Shown here: positions 13,567 through 29,668 of the stretch, piece after piece
Layout: each line of letters opens with the position of its first letter
Position numbering within the stretch: the stretch's first letter is position 1
DNA from: Utricularia gibba
Taxonomy: Eukaryota; Plantae; Magnoliophyta
Length of the DNA stretch: 64,000 nucleotides
Assembly (NCBI GenBank): GCA_002189035.1
Contig: NEEC01000004.1
Location: forward strand, 124,001 to 188,000
Direction of reading: 5' to 3'
Made by a program: the position numbers and the translations under genes
Notes under the pieces: generated by a model
Told to the model about the DNA's origin: nothing
Databases searched by the model: none
What the model saw: the letters and a program-made list of their open reading frames with translations, nothing else

Positions 13567-16500
13567 ATGGTTTGGGGTCTCTTTCCGATCGACCCACTTC
13601 CAGGTAGGCTCTTTTTTCTGCGAAAAACTCTACAACGCCGTGTGGTACTCTCAATCGCCGAGGGCGGGCCTAAATGATGCTTTGTATGAATGATGTCCTT
13701 GGAGCATGAACGGAGCTTTGGGGAATCACTTCACTCTGTTTAAAATATTAGCTTTTTTTTTCTCTAAAGTAGTGATGTTTACTGATTTTCAATTTGCATT
13801 TGCTTTAGGCGAAACCGGATACTATATTTTCCAGAAGGGTGTGTATCAAGTAGGCCGAAAAGGTATTTTACTGCCAATTAGTTGTTATTTGAGGTAAATG
13901 CTGTTTGGGATGTCATCCGTGTGCTCTGGAATGGCTTCATCCATTCTGAACTGGAATGTTGATTGCCGAATTCATGTTGTTCAACTGGTTAAGTTGAGAT
14001 GTGTTGCATTCGGCCACATGTGATTATGATTGAGTGTTCTAGTTATTTGGACAATTGAGGTACTAAAAGTCTGAAACAGATATTCCATGTCTGACTAACA
14101 GGTTGTGACATTATTGTGGACAAGGATAAAGGCGTTTCGAGGGTTCATGCTGAAATCATTGTAGAAGAAATGATTTGTGTGGATCTGTCAGCACAGAGGC
14201 AGTCAAATGATTCTTCCAAAGTTAGGATAAGAGACTGCTCCAAGTATGGGACTTCCATTACGACGTGTGCTGGATCTATTAAAAAAGTTCATGAACTTGC
14301 AAATAAAGAAACAGAGCTGATGGATGGGGACGTGGTTAAATTTGGAACTGGAGCTGCAAGATTTAAGTAATTGAGTTTTCATGTTCTACTCATTCTTTGC
14401 TTTACGTTTATCATTAATTGCTTGTTTTTCACTATGATGAATTTGAATGTTGTAGTGACATTTTACAGGTTCTCTTTTGTGCCTCTTATATTTTTTACTT
14501 TATTGTCCAATGCATCCACTGCAAATAAATTGCGAGAAAATGTATTATTGATGGGTAAGAACTGTTTCAAATACTTTCTGGTTACGCTTCTTAGACTTTT
14601 CTCAAAATATAGCTGAAGATATTATATTTCTCATGCAGGTTCCAGTGTCACTCAGGCTTTGAGTTCTCAGACCACACATGTGATCTGTGATGATGTGGTT
14701 TCCTTTAATGATGCAATACTTGATGCTATTTTCGCTCGAAAGGAATTAGTTAAGTGCAGCTGGATAGAGGTATATTACCCATAACGCTTAATGAATTGGA
14801 ATTCCCCTTCCTCTCTGTGTCTCATCCTATTAGTGAAGAAGATGCACGTCACTTACAAAATATGCGCACCATCTGATTTTGGTAGAATTTTTCTGAATCT
14901 TTGTACTTCTTCACATCTTTTATGTTAGTTGCTCACTTCTTTCTTTTACATATATGCATGCCCACACATCATGTGTGGAAGTGATTTTACAATTTTTTTT
15001 TTCAAAATTTCTTCAGCGCATGCTTATTATTGCATTGCGTTGTCAAGGCAATTGCAGGAAGTACTATCAGTAGTGAACTACCCAGCACCTACTTGTGAGT
15101 TTTCTCGGCTTGTTCTCAACATGTCTTGAATGCATTCCTTGGCCTACTGCTTTCTGTCTGGTTTATGCAAGTTTTCCCCTGCAGGCATGCCCCAAATTTA
15201 ATGTTTCAAGGGGTTTCTCTCAGTGCTGTTCCGCCACAATCTAGAGAGACATGTCTGGACGGATATACTTTTGTCCTGGATTCCATTAAGAAAGTATGTC
15301 TCTTTATTTCATGCTTGCTATACTTAAATTTTTCCTAAATATTTGGTCTGCTGAGTGTTCTTGACTCCGAATGTCAATAATGCATCTCTCTCATAAATGG
15401 ACAGATTTCCTCAAGCATGATTACCCTTCTGATCTCCTACTGACTTCCACTTCCCCTGTATTATCTCGCAGTACAAACTCAAAGAGAAGTTCCCGCAGTT
15501 GTTGGAGTTGGCCAGTGCAAAAGTTTGCATTAAACGTGAAGAGTCTTCCAGCAATGTGGGTAAACCATTTTTTTTCTTTTATTGGATATTTTATTTCCTG
15601 AACTATATCTCCATAATTGGCCTTTGCTACCCTCAACTAACTTGTAGCGCAATCTGGTTTTTGTGATCCCGGAAAGCAATACATCTAGAGCTGAAAGTTG
15701 TACAAGCTTGGCAAAGGTGAAAGAGACAGAATTAGTTATGGCTGTTATTTCGGGACATTTAGATCAATCTGTTATTGCCTCACCTCATGGTAAACCCTTG
15801 TGAATAATCTGCCAATGGTTTTATGGGGTAGTGCATAACTAATTTTCTGGAGTACTCCATATTGCAGAGATCGTTACATCTTCAGGTTCATCCGACGAAA
15901 CGGTAGTAGCGGAATCTGACATGGAAATGGAAACTGCCACTTCAATGGAAACATCGAACGCATTTTTGGCTGAAGCTGGAAAAGAAGCGGAAGTAGAGAT
16001 TAGGAAAACCAAGCCTTACGAAAATCCCGTTCTAATTGGAGAACCTGGTGATGATGGCAGTAGGAAGAATATTCTCCCAAAAAATACTCAACTTGAGTTC
16101 CTTGGGAATCGTCATGTTGAGGCTACAACTGCTTTGAAGTCTGATAAGTTGCTGCAAGATAGAGGGGAAGGTAATTTCATCATCCTTAAGGACAAGGGTG
16201 TTGCTTCAGAATGTCCAGGTCTTGAGGTGATATTTAGTCCAGAGCTGATTGTCAGGCGACAATGTGGAAATTGTACCACAGATGGTGAGCCAACAAATTT
16301 CAAGCGTTTTAAGAAGGTAACACGCCTCATAAATAGTATGGATGTGCACTTCATTATTTGAGCTGCAGAATCACCTTATGCTGGTCTTTCCTTTCTTGTT
16401 AGACGAATACTCCATCAGGGAACAGCTTCACCAACCTCATCCCGTTCTCAAAGCATCCATATCAGTATGTTTCTATGATTCTTTCGCTTAGATAGTTGAT

Positions 16501-16796
16501 TCATCCACGATTAATCTAGCATCACTGTGCCTCTTACATTCATCAGGGAAGCCAACTATGGAAGCAATGATATAGCTGAAGCCTACAGAGAGGAGAAGAA
16601 ACGGAAGCAAATGGAAGCTGCGTCGGAGGACTTGTTCAACAATGACAAGGTTTATTCTTTGTGCACTGCATGCCAATTCCCAATCTTTCATCTTTCTACA
16701 TTCTCTAATCCTTTTTTCTTCCTTACATCTCATTACGCGATCCAGGTAAAAAGAAGAAACTCTGGTTCTATTCTCCGGTTCTTAGATCCTGCTTAG
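13567..16796 (+). CDS. NBS1: Nibrin / NBS1 (MRN complex), FHA + BRCT; multi-exon; appears intact
   Basis: Start MVWGLFPIDPLPG; FHA motifs VGRKGCDIIVDKDKGVSRVHAE and DCSKYGT; SSDETVVAES; MRE11-binding NFKRFKK; GNSF.NLIPFSK; EDLFNNDK C-terminus. Confidence 0.92.
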
Positions 16797-17090
16797 TTTA
16801 GTGCATTCAGATGCTCTGGCCCAACCATGGTTCCCCATTGTAGAAGGATGAACCGGTTGCCTTGTCCATCGGAAGGGATGATGTTTGACTCCCACCGGCG
16901 GTTTCTCAGCCGCTAATAATGTTGCAGTTCATATGTTACACTCCTCGAAACGAAATGGGCATTTCGGAGACTGAGTTTTATGGATATTGCTTCTGCATAA
17001 AACAACACAATATGCAGTGATGGAATCCCAACCGGAAGGTAGGGTTTGGATTCTTTCGACAACAATGGAATTTTATTGTGAAGAAACAGT

Positions 17091-18879
17091 TCAAGAAGAG
17101 ACAGCAGCGGGAGTAACTGCTGTAGAACAAGGAACCTGAATAATCCCATTTCTGGACTTTTGTCGCTGAGGAGAAACGGAGTCTTTCTTCTTGGAATTCA
17201 AAGTTCTTTTGTTGACTTTAGTTCCGCTCCGCCTCGTGTCCCCAGAAGAAGAAACCCATCTATCAGTCGACTCCGCTGAATTTGGCTCCTTTTTGGATGC
17301 AGAAAAAGCGGTTTTTCGCTGAACCCCTGCAATCTTGTTACTGCCTGAAGATTCTTCTTCTCCGATATTGCCCCTGCCACCATTCACGCACTTTCGAGAG
17401 CTGGGCGCCGTCTGATCTTGGGTATCAATAATCATAGACTCGAAAACTGGCTCCCCTATTTCATCCTTCATATTTCCTGCCGGATTAGATTCCGGAGCTC
17501 TCCCGTTTGCACAATGTTTACGCAACTTTTCTCTTCTGTGATCTTCCATCAGAGATGTTGAAAAGTTGGAACCGACGCTGGAGTTAAGATCAGCCACTGC
17601 TTCAAGAATGCTACATGCCTTTGTGACACAAGTTGGCAGCGAGATATCAGATGGGGCAACGTCCTTTTGATGAAAGTTTTGGATATCTTCTAGAAGAAGA
17701 GCTGCGTACGATGAAACATTGGTATCTTCAGGATTGAGGTCGAGGTCTCGCGAGAGACGAGACGACCTGGTTCTGGCAAATCCCTGGTGAACTTTCGGGT
17801 CTAAGAGGATAAGCTCCTCATTTTTGGTGTTCTTGAAGCCCGTGTTGTTTTGCTTATTGACGTGAGGCACCTGCGTATCCCATTGATGCATTTGTTACAT
17901 GAAAATGGGTTCAGAAGCTAGAGAATGGTGAATTGATGTTGCTACTGACCTGGGAGCTGATGATGGTGTCGATTTCAGTGAGTGGATTCCTTCGGAAAGG
18001 AGAATGCTCTGCTTTTTTTGAGTTGCTCCGGCTGAGACATTGTGCTTGTTGATTATTCTCGTTGAAGGTCCTCGCACGCGCCGGGGAACGAGCACGAGGA
18101 GATGCGGTGCCGGCGGAGTTTCGCTTTACGGGGGTTCTCTTCACCGCCGTGGGATTCGAATCAGCGTTGATACTCTTGTCCATCGGCACGGTGGCAGGGA
18201 CGGAGACCATTTTTCCCGGGTTGGTAGATTTGGCATTTATTGCACTTGAGTTTGAATTTGAATAATTCCGACTTGAAACTGGGGACTGGGATCTCCGACC
18301 CGGAGATCTACTCACGCGCCTCCCTCCGCCGCCGCTTCCTCGTTCTCTGCTTCCGGGCCGCCGTTGATTTGAAGTCTGGGTTTTCTCTCTTTCTCTACTT
18401 GGTGACCTCCTCCCCTGTGACAGCCTATGGCGGTTGTCTCTTTCCCTCGCCACCATATCTTCATCTCCGGCAGCGGCGTTGCTCCCTCCTAACTTTGTCG
18501 GTTCGTTGTCGAAATCGCAACTTCGCCCTGAAGCCAGGTTCTTTCTTTCATCATTTTCTGCCCTGGTGGTGGAAGAGTTTCGGCTGAGTCTCCCGCACTG
18601 GATCAAAATTGCGTCCACCTCTTCCTTGGAGCAGCTCGGTATCCTCGCAGGATCTCGTACAACGCCGTCAACTGCAGAATCTGCTTCGGGTTTCTTGAGT
18701 TCGCCGGAAGGCTGCAATTCGTGGCCTCTCCGGTGCTTGATGATGAAAACCTCTTTCTTGACGAATGTTTCTTCGGGGAGTTTCGTTTTCACCAACTGGG
18801 ACTCACATTTAGGTCTCTCTTGCCTGATTGCCGCCGTGGACGGCACACCGCGACTCTTCTTGCTGAAACAACTCCCCAT
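17091..18879 (-). CDS. Ser/Arg-rich disordered protein, At1g65710-like; 2 exons (intron 17871-17949)
   Basis: MGSCFSKK start, conserved KEEVDAILIQCGRLSR block, SPFRRNPL.EID and YAALLLEDIQNFHQK...ACSILEAVADLNS blocks. CAG|GT and CAG|GTG junctions are in phase. Confidence 0.8.
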
Positions 18880-19266
18880 CTCAGATTGGGGGATAGCTGA
18901 AAAATCAGCCAGAGACTGACAAGGGAACTTATTAGGGTCGGAGCACGGCGCCCAAAAAGAAAACGCAATAATGCGATTCGCCGGAGCTGGGGACGAAGAC
19001 TTTCAAAATTTGCTGTGGCGGGTGAGTGAAAATCTATCAACCAAAAAAAACAATTGCAATCAGGCCGCACAAAGGACATTCGGCCCAAATGCAATTATAA
19101 GCCCAGATGAGGCCCAAGGAATTCTCGCACTTTGTTCTTTTTTTTTCATTTTCTAAATCTACAAAAGGAGGCGAGCTCTATCCACAACTCCAGGCACGCT
19201 TTAAGAGACTCCAGAAGGTCCATCGTCTTCCACTCGAGGGCGATCTTGATCTGGTTTGACATTGAG

Positions 19267-20694
19267 ATGGTACCGAGAAGAAAGTACTCTTGTTAGTCGG
19301 CGATTATGTCGAGGACTACGAGGTGATGGTTCCGTTTCAAGCTCTATCGGCTTACGGATTAAAAGTTGACGCCGTTTGCCCCGGCAAGAAATCCGGTGAC
19401 ATTTGTCGTACAGCCATCCATGACGCTCTTGGCCACCAGGTTTTCCATATACTTCGACCAATTGTTTGACTCCATTTCGATTTTGTTCGTCACTGCTCCG
19501 CTTGATATTCTCCTTTCTGCGATGTGCGCAGACGTATTCTGAATCCAGGGGTCACAATTTTAACCTGAACGCTACGTTTGATGAAATAGATCCATTGAAG
19601 TACGATGGGCTCGTCATCCCAGGGGGCGCGCTCCTGAATACCTTGCCATGAATGAATCTGTGTTGACTTTGGTTAAGGAATTCCAGAAATCCGAGAAACC
19701 GATTGCATCCATCTGCCATGGTCAGCTGATCCTCGCTGCAGCTGATGTTGTCAAGGGCAGGAAATGCACTGCTTACCCTGCTGTTAAGCCTGCACTGATC
19801 GCAGCAGGGGCTCATTGGGTAGAACCAGAAACTCTGGCTTTCTGTACGAAAGATGGGAATCTCATAACTGGTGCTACCTATGAAGGCCATCCCGAGTTCA
19901 TTCGCCTCTTCATCAAAGCACTCGGCGCAAGTATATCTGGTTCTGGTAAAAGGATACTCTTTATCTGCGGGGTAAGAATAAAATCCATCAACTGGTTCAT
20001 TCCCATATGTTACCAATTCACTGTCCATGTCTATGCTTCATATGTATCAGGACTACATGGAGGACTACGAAGTAATGGTTCCATTTCAGTCTCTTCAAGC
20101 TCTGGATTGCCACGTCGATTCAGTGTGCCCCGGAAAGAAAGCTGGTGAGATATGTGCAACTGCTGTTCATGACTTCGAAGGTGATCAGACCTACAGTGAG
20201 AAACCAGGCCACAATTTTACGATCACAAAGAGCTTCGACTGCGTGGATGCCTCAACATACGATGGGTTAGTGATTCCGGGAGGACGGGCACCCGAGTACC
20301 TGGCATTGGATGAGAACGTTGTTCAGTTAGTTAGATGGTTCATGGAGTCTCGGAAACCAGTTGCATCCATTTGCCATGGCCAACAGATTTTAGCTGCCGC
20401 TGGTGTTCTGAAGGTGAAGTCTTTTATTCAATTCGGGTGTTTCATGGCTGTGGCTTACAAAGTTGCTGTCTTTTTACATTTTTTTAGGGTAAGAAGTGCA
20501 CCGCGTACCCAGCAGTGAAGCTAAATGTGGTTCTCTCCGGGGCTACTTGGCTGGAGCCGGATCCGATTCACCGGTGCTTTACGGATGGGCATCTGGTCAC
20601 CGGAGCGGCATGGCCAGGCCACCCAGAGTTCATAGCACAGTTCATGGCTCTTCTTGGCCTCAGTGTATCTTTTCGAGGGCAGGCCAAGGTGTAG
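19267..20694 (+). CDS. DJ1D: Protein DJ-1 homolog D (glyoxalase III / PfpI family, two tandem domains); apparent -1 frameshifts at about 19274 and 19622-19626
   Basis: Two repeats of [30 protein letters not shown] and ASICHGQ (catalytic Cys). Each shift is fixed by one extra C or G in a short run. Confidence 0.93.
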
Positions 20695-20846
20695 CTTTGA
20701 TGGCACTTTCCTTCGTCTTGAGAATAAAAATTTACTCCCAGAATAAACATTGATCTTGTTAATTGTCAAAAGGCATCACTGGGTTGAATTTCAAGTTATA
20801 GGAACTACGGTTCCGCATTCCTACATTTCAAGGGTGAAAACCTAGA

Positions 20847-20948
20847 AATGGATCAGATTTCTGGCATGGATTCCTCCAGTTAAGGAGAAAAGTAGTAGCG
20901 CAGTATATTCAGCTTCGATCATTTGGGGAAATAATCGTCATTTCCATT
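20847..20948 (-). ncRNA. Box C/D snoRNA candidate B (paralog of A); family not identified
   Basis: On the minus strand: box C-like ATGACGA (20941-20935), box D CTGA (20856-20853) and a 6-bp terminal stem AATGGA/TCCATT. Internal blocks are shared with copy A. Confidence 0.8.
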
Positions 20949-20996
20949 AACACGACACAGCATAAGAAACAATCTATCAAAAAAGTGAATAAGGTA

Positions 20997-21109
20997 GAGA
21001 TGGATCAGAATATCTGGCTTGGATTTTCTCCCTAGGAAGAAAATACATAAAGAGCGCTCAGTAATTTCAGTTTCGAATCATCTGGGGAAATACTCATCAC
21101 CTCCATCTC
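20997..21109 (-). ncRNA. Box C/D snoRNA candidate A; family not identified
   Basis: On the minus strand: box C GTGATGA (21100-21094), box D CTGA (21008-21005) and an 8-bp terminal stem GAGATGGA/TCCATCTC. Internal ATGA and CTGA are D'/C' candidates. Confidence 0.85.
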
Positions 21110-21446
21110 CGTAAAAAGGATTCAAAAGAAAAAAAACGAAAAACCAGTATCTTCCAGATCCAGATATCGACAACAAAAACGAGAGAAAAATTTCACCGAT
21201 TCCGACTTTGCTCCTCCGAAACGGCGGAGATCCATTAAAAAGACAAACGGCTGGTTAACAATATAGCGTCGTCTCATACACAACGCCCAATTCAATAACG
21301 GGGCGCTGGTAATCAGTAATCGACGCGGTTACCTGCGGCCTAGAGAGGAGAAAGCGAAAAGAAGGAATACACTACCGCGGCGGCGGATAAGGAATAGCAA
21401 CACAGTAGATTCGAAAGCATGGAGACCTGGAAGCGACGGGGAGAGA

Positions 21447-21721
21447 TTATATAAGCGAAGGCAGCCAGCAGCGGAAACCCTAATCTCTTATTCCCGTAGA
21501 TTTGGTACTATTACTTCGCCGCATTTTGGGTAATTTGTTTTTCAACTTTCAAATCATATATATTTTATTTAAAAAAAGAATATCCTCGAAAAAGAGGAAA
21601 AATAAGCCCAAATAAGATGTTGAACCGTTTCTTTTTGGGCTATATGAAGTGTAATGGGCTTCTACATGGGCCGTACGAGAGGACTGGATAAAGAGTTCGA
21701 CATCCCAACCAACGTGGCCCA
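21447..21721 (-). promoter_or_regulatory. Pol II promoter of the snoRNA host transcript: TATA + telo box + five site II elements
   Basis: TTATATAA (minus strand, 21454-21447), AAACCCTAA at 21475-21483, and TGGGCY/RGCCCA at 21605, 21636, 21655, 21667 and 21716. This combination is typical of plant snoRNA and ribosome-biogenesis genes. Confidence 0.7.
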
Positions 21722-23185
21722 GCGGGAGTAATAAATAATTCAACATTTCAAACAAAAAAAAGAAGTAATTACAGTCCAACAATAAATAATAAAATACAGA
21801 AAAAAAATCGTGATGGTACATAATAATTAAACATTCATAATAAGTAATTCCCTAAAGTCAAATTGCGTGACAGCCCTCCATTCATAAACAAAAAATCCGG
21901 AGTCCGATACTTGCAGCGCCAAATACTCTAAATGTCGGGGTCAACCCATTTGCTGCTCCCTTAAATACCACAAAATACGAGTGGCCAGGAGTTTTTCCAA
22001 TTAAAGAATTCGGTCTAAACCCTCGTAGGTAAAGAAACGTGTGTGGCTGGAAACCAGGGGCGCAGTGAGGGAACGAGGCAGTGACGTGGCATAAAAGCAC
22101 ATAAAAAGTTCACATGTGGGGCCTCCGATCATAGTGATCAGCCACGTCAGCTCCATCCTCATCATCCAGAACCGCTTTTTCCGCTTTTGGCTCCTCCACA
22201 TGTTCCCATAAATTCCATTGTTCTTTTTTTTTTTCTTTTGGCTTCTGATTTTTGCGGCCGGAGATATTTCTACTCCTCATTAAAAAAACCAAAAAACAAA
22301 ACAAAAACCTGTTGTTTACCACCCAAAACTACAATAACTTTTTCAATTGTGAATTTTTCGGATTGAAATTGTATTTTTTTTCATAGTTTAATTTTAATAT
22401 TATGTAAAACAGTGTTAACTGTGAATCGTCAAACTGTATGTCTGAGGGGGAGCGACCATGGATTTTGAGGTTTAGGTGGGAAAACTGAACGAGAACACAG
22501 AATTAATTACTTAAACAAGGAGCCGAGACTTGAGCCGGGTCCAAGGGCTACCGGCCACTAAAATGATAACACGTGGAGGGGAATTGTGGAGAAACTATAT
22601 TTTTCTTTTTTCCCCCCTGTTTATGGCTAAAGAAAAGTGAAAAGCGGTATGGAGAAAAAAGGACAAGTGACCAGGAAGGGCCACGTAGCCTCAATATGAG
22701 CCACAAAGAAGTGGATTGCCGAAAAAGCCCTCAAAGCATTTCGCTTTTCTGCACTTTGTCTCCGCTGACGTGGAGCCTCTGGGCGTACATATCTTCTCTT
22801 TATTCGCCTGGAGTGTCATCATTTTCTTGCTTCAGCACAATTGTCCGCTTCGTTCTTTCGTTTCTCTGCCTCCGCCAAAACATTTCGGCTTTCATTTTTT
22901 TGGTTCCTACTTTTGGTCCATACCTTTTCCTGATTTTTTAAGGTACTTTCGCTGTTTTTGGAGCTACCCTTCTCAGATCTATCCCGGTCAGGTGTGTTTC
23001 GAGAACAATGTTCTTTTTTGCTGCTTGTTGTGGAGAAATCTTAATGGGTAAAGTTTGGTTTTTCAAGGATCGAGAACAAGGAAAGCAATAGCAATTCAAA
23101 CGGAATCTGCTTTTTGGGAACAGGATTTTGTTCCAGCAAAGGATTTTTTTCAGTGGGAAACTTGGAGTTGTATTCGTCTGCTGCC

Positions 23186-24850
23186 ATGACTACTCAGGTG
23201 GGTTTTATGGATTATGAACTTGGTTTGGTTTGTGGGTGTTTTCGAGGAGTAGCTTTCATTGCTTTTATAGATTTTTTCCTTCGCTTTCTGCTCTGGATCT
23301 CTGTTGAACTTTGCAAGAATTGGGCTTGTGCTTCTTCGTTTTGTAGATTCCATTTCTGGGATACGCCTATTTTAGCCTGTAGAAGCTAGGCTGTGGAAGT
23401 TTCCCCTGCAATTAGGCTGTAGAAATTTTCGAATCTTGCTGAAATTCTTTTGCCTTCTGATTGTCCGATTCAGGAACAACAGAGCTTTGATGGATTTGAG
23501 GCAACATCGGCCGTAATCCGATCAAAAGATCAGTCGAATCCTAGCGATGTTTTCTCTCCCAAGGTTAAAATCATTTCTAGAAAAGTTGATGATTTCATTC
23601 AAGTTTGCCCTTGATCTGTTTCTAATTCTTTTTTCGACGTTTGTTTGTTCAGGCGAGAAAACCCTATACCATAACTAAACAAAGAGAAAAATGGTCTGAT
23701 GAAGAGCATAGCAGATTTATCGAGGCATTGAGGCTTTATGGCCGCACATGGAGGAAGATTGAAGGTTGTTATATGAATGCTCTGTTGTTTTGAAAGAGAT
23801 TTCTATGATCTAATCTGTGATTGATCTGATTCGACAGAGCATATTGGCACTAAAACTGCAGTGCAGATCCGAAGCCATGCTCAGAAGTTCTTCTGCAAGG
23901 TTGTACCTTTATTCATCGCCATTGTTACATGCTGCCAAGTCTCTGTTGTGTTTGTCATTATTGATGTCTTTATTTTCATCTTTGTGATCAGATGGTTCGT
24001 GACTCTAATATGGGCGATGCCGATCATGTGGACATAATTGAAATACCGCCTCCTAGGCCTAAGAGGAAGCCAGTGCATCCTTATCCTAGGAAGCAAAATG
24101 CTTCCAGTAAACCAGGCTTAGCAGTGGAGAAACCAGTGAAATCGGCTTTGGAAAGTCCTCCGGAGCTGGAGAATCAGTCCCCTAAGTCTCTGCTATCTGC
24201 ATTAGCTTCAGAGTCATCCGGTGGGACTGATTCATTTGTGCCTAACAGTAGTCCATCTTCAGCCACATCACCCCTTGTCAACAAGATTGGCGACGTTTCC
24301 TGCTCCGGAGTTCTGCGTGATGGGGAGGATGAACACTCAAGCCTTGATGATCAAATGCTTGAGGTAATCGATCACACATGGCTTCTTCATCACCCAACAG
24401 CCATTTTGATGTTACTGTTTCCATGTTTAGCAGGAGCCAGTAACAGAAGATCCAAATGAATCAAGTGGGAAGTTCCTCAAACTGTTTGGCAAGACATTAG
24501 TCATCGCTGAAACCGGTGGACCATCGAGTTCCATAGCCATATCATCCCATGAACAAGCAGCGGCCTCGATTCTGATTCCCGTGAGAGTCATTCCTCTGAA
24601 ATTCGCCATGATGAACGAGACCCATATGGATGTTTGCTACCCCATTGCCTTGCCATGGTTGACGCTCTGCGCCAATTCCTCTACACTGCCTTGCGAGGAT
24701 ACCAAAGAGCAGTCTTCCACTGACTCGAATTCTGATTCAGCCTCTGGTACAACCCAACTCTCACGAAAGGCCAGCAAGACCCCAACCACAAATTCAAGGA
24801 AAGGCTTCCGGCCATACAAAAAGATGTTTACCAGAGCAGGATCCCCATGA
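23186..24850 (+). CDS. RVE1: REVEILLE (LHY/CCA1-like single MYB) transcription factor; C-terminus uncertain (possible +1 indel at about 24820)
   Basis: MTTQ| micro-exon, RKPYTITKQREKWSDEEH..F.EAL.LYGR.W..IE|EHIGTKTAVQIRSHAQKFF, IEIPPPRPKRKP.HPYPRK, LKLFG and GFRPYK motifs. Confidence 0.88.
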
Positions 24851-25685
24851 AAAGAGGATGATCAATCTCAGTGTATAGGAAGAGATGAGTCAGTGATACA
24901 TAGCTGATGCCATGCTTCTTTTTGTTCTTTTCAACTCCCTATGTAAACTACAAAGAATTTTGCAGAGACCATACAGGTGAAGGGGTCTCATCGTGTCCCA
25001 GATGTACTCAGCACAGTTGCCATATATCTTAATCATGTTGTTTTCTCGAAATAGCTATACCCTCTTACAGGATTATGCAGAGCTTGTCCAAGTTCATTAG
25101 ACCCTGCTGATCAAACGTTGTTGTCGTGGTGGGCAGAAGTGTAACATAACTGCAAGTGTGGGTGTCTGATTAGAATGAAGATAAGAATCGAATTGGAGTC
25201 ACCCGTACCCTATCTCTTCTACCTCACAAACTGCACAGGATATATCCTGCATTTTCTTGGATCATATTCTCCTCTCCACTGATTTTATTCTTCTGTTTTA
25301 TTTTTATTTTTTAAAATTACATATTCAATTTCTTTTTAATAAAATTACGTGCCTTACCGGTATGTATCACACCAATTGTGATACCGACAAAAGTGAAAAG
25401 AAAAAAAAGATTAAAAAATCGAATATATTTTTAAAATATACTTCCCTCACCTCGCTTTTTTCCCTTCTTTTTTTGTTAAATATCGTGACAAACCAAAAAG
25501 ATATTCGGATGCATATTCCAAAGGCCTTTACCCTTTTCACTGAAATAAAGAGAATTCTAATAGAAGGAGAATGGCACGTGGCAGCGGAGTGGAAACTCTA
25601 TTGAATAAAGCGAGCTTAACTGCTCACCTTCCCTGTGCCGTCTCGTGCTACCTGTTTAGATCTCTGCGATTCATAGGGCGATAAC

Positions 25686-29356
<3,671 letters not shown>

Positions 29357-29668
29357 TTCAAGAGTGTGCTGCATCGCGCGTACTGAGCTTTTGAATGATA
29401 GGAACATGGGAAAATAATTTTCCTTCTTACGGATTGTGAGCAAAAACTGCTGGAACCTATTTTGTGAATCCGTTGTCAATTTCCCTTCAAATGAAGTTCC
29501 TCATATATTGTTTCTTGAGAGAGAAGAGGGGGTGGGGGGTGAACAACTTCTTTCTTTTATGTTTCTAACCTTTTCCTCCACATTTGAACTGTACATTGAA
29601 GAATGATATTTCAGGTTTCAACAACTAAACTAAGTCATCAGGTATGATGTTGGCATGAACGAATCCTT

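Noticed and set aside
22573-23051. ORFs upstream of REVEILLE as possible conserved uORFs
   Set aside because: Low-complexity Phe/Leu/Ser-rich translations of a pyrimidine-rich leader and promoter, with no known CPuORF similarity.
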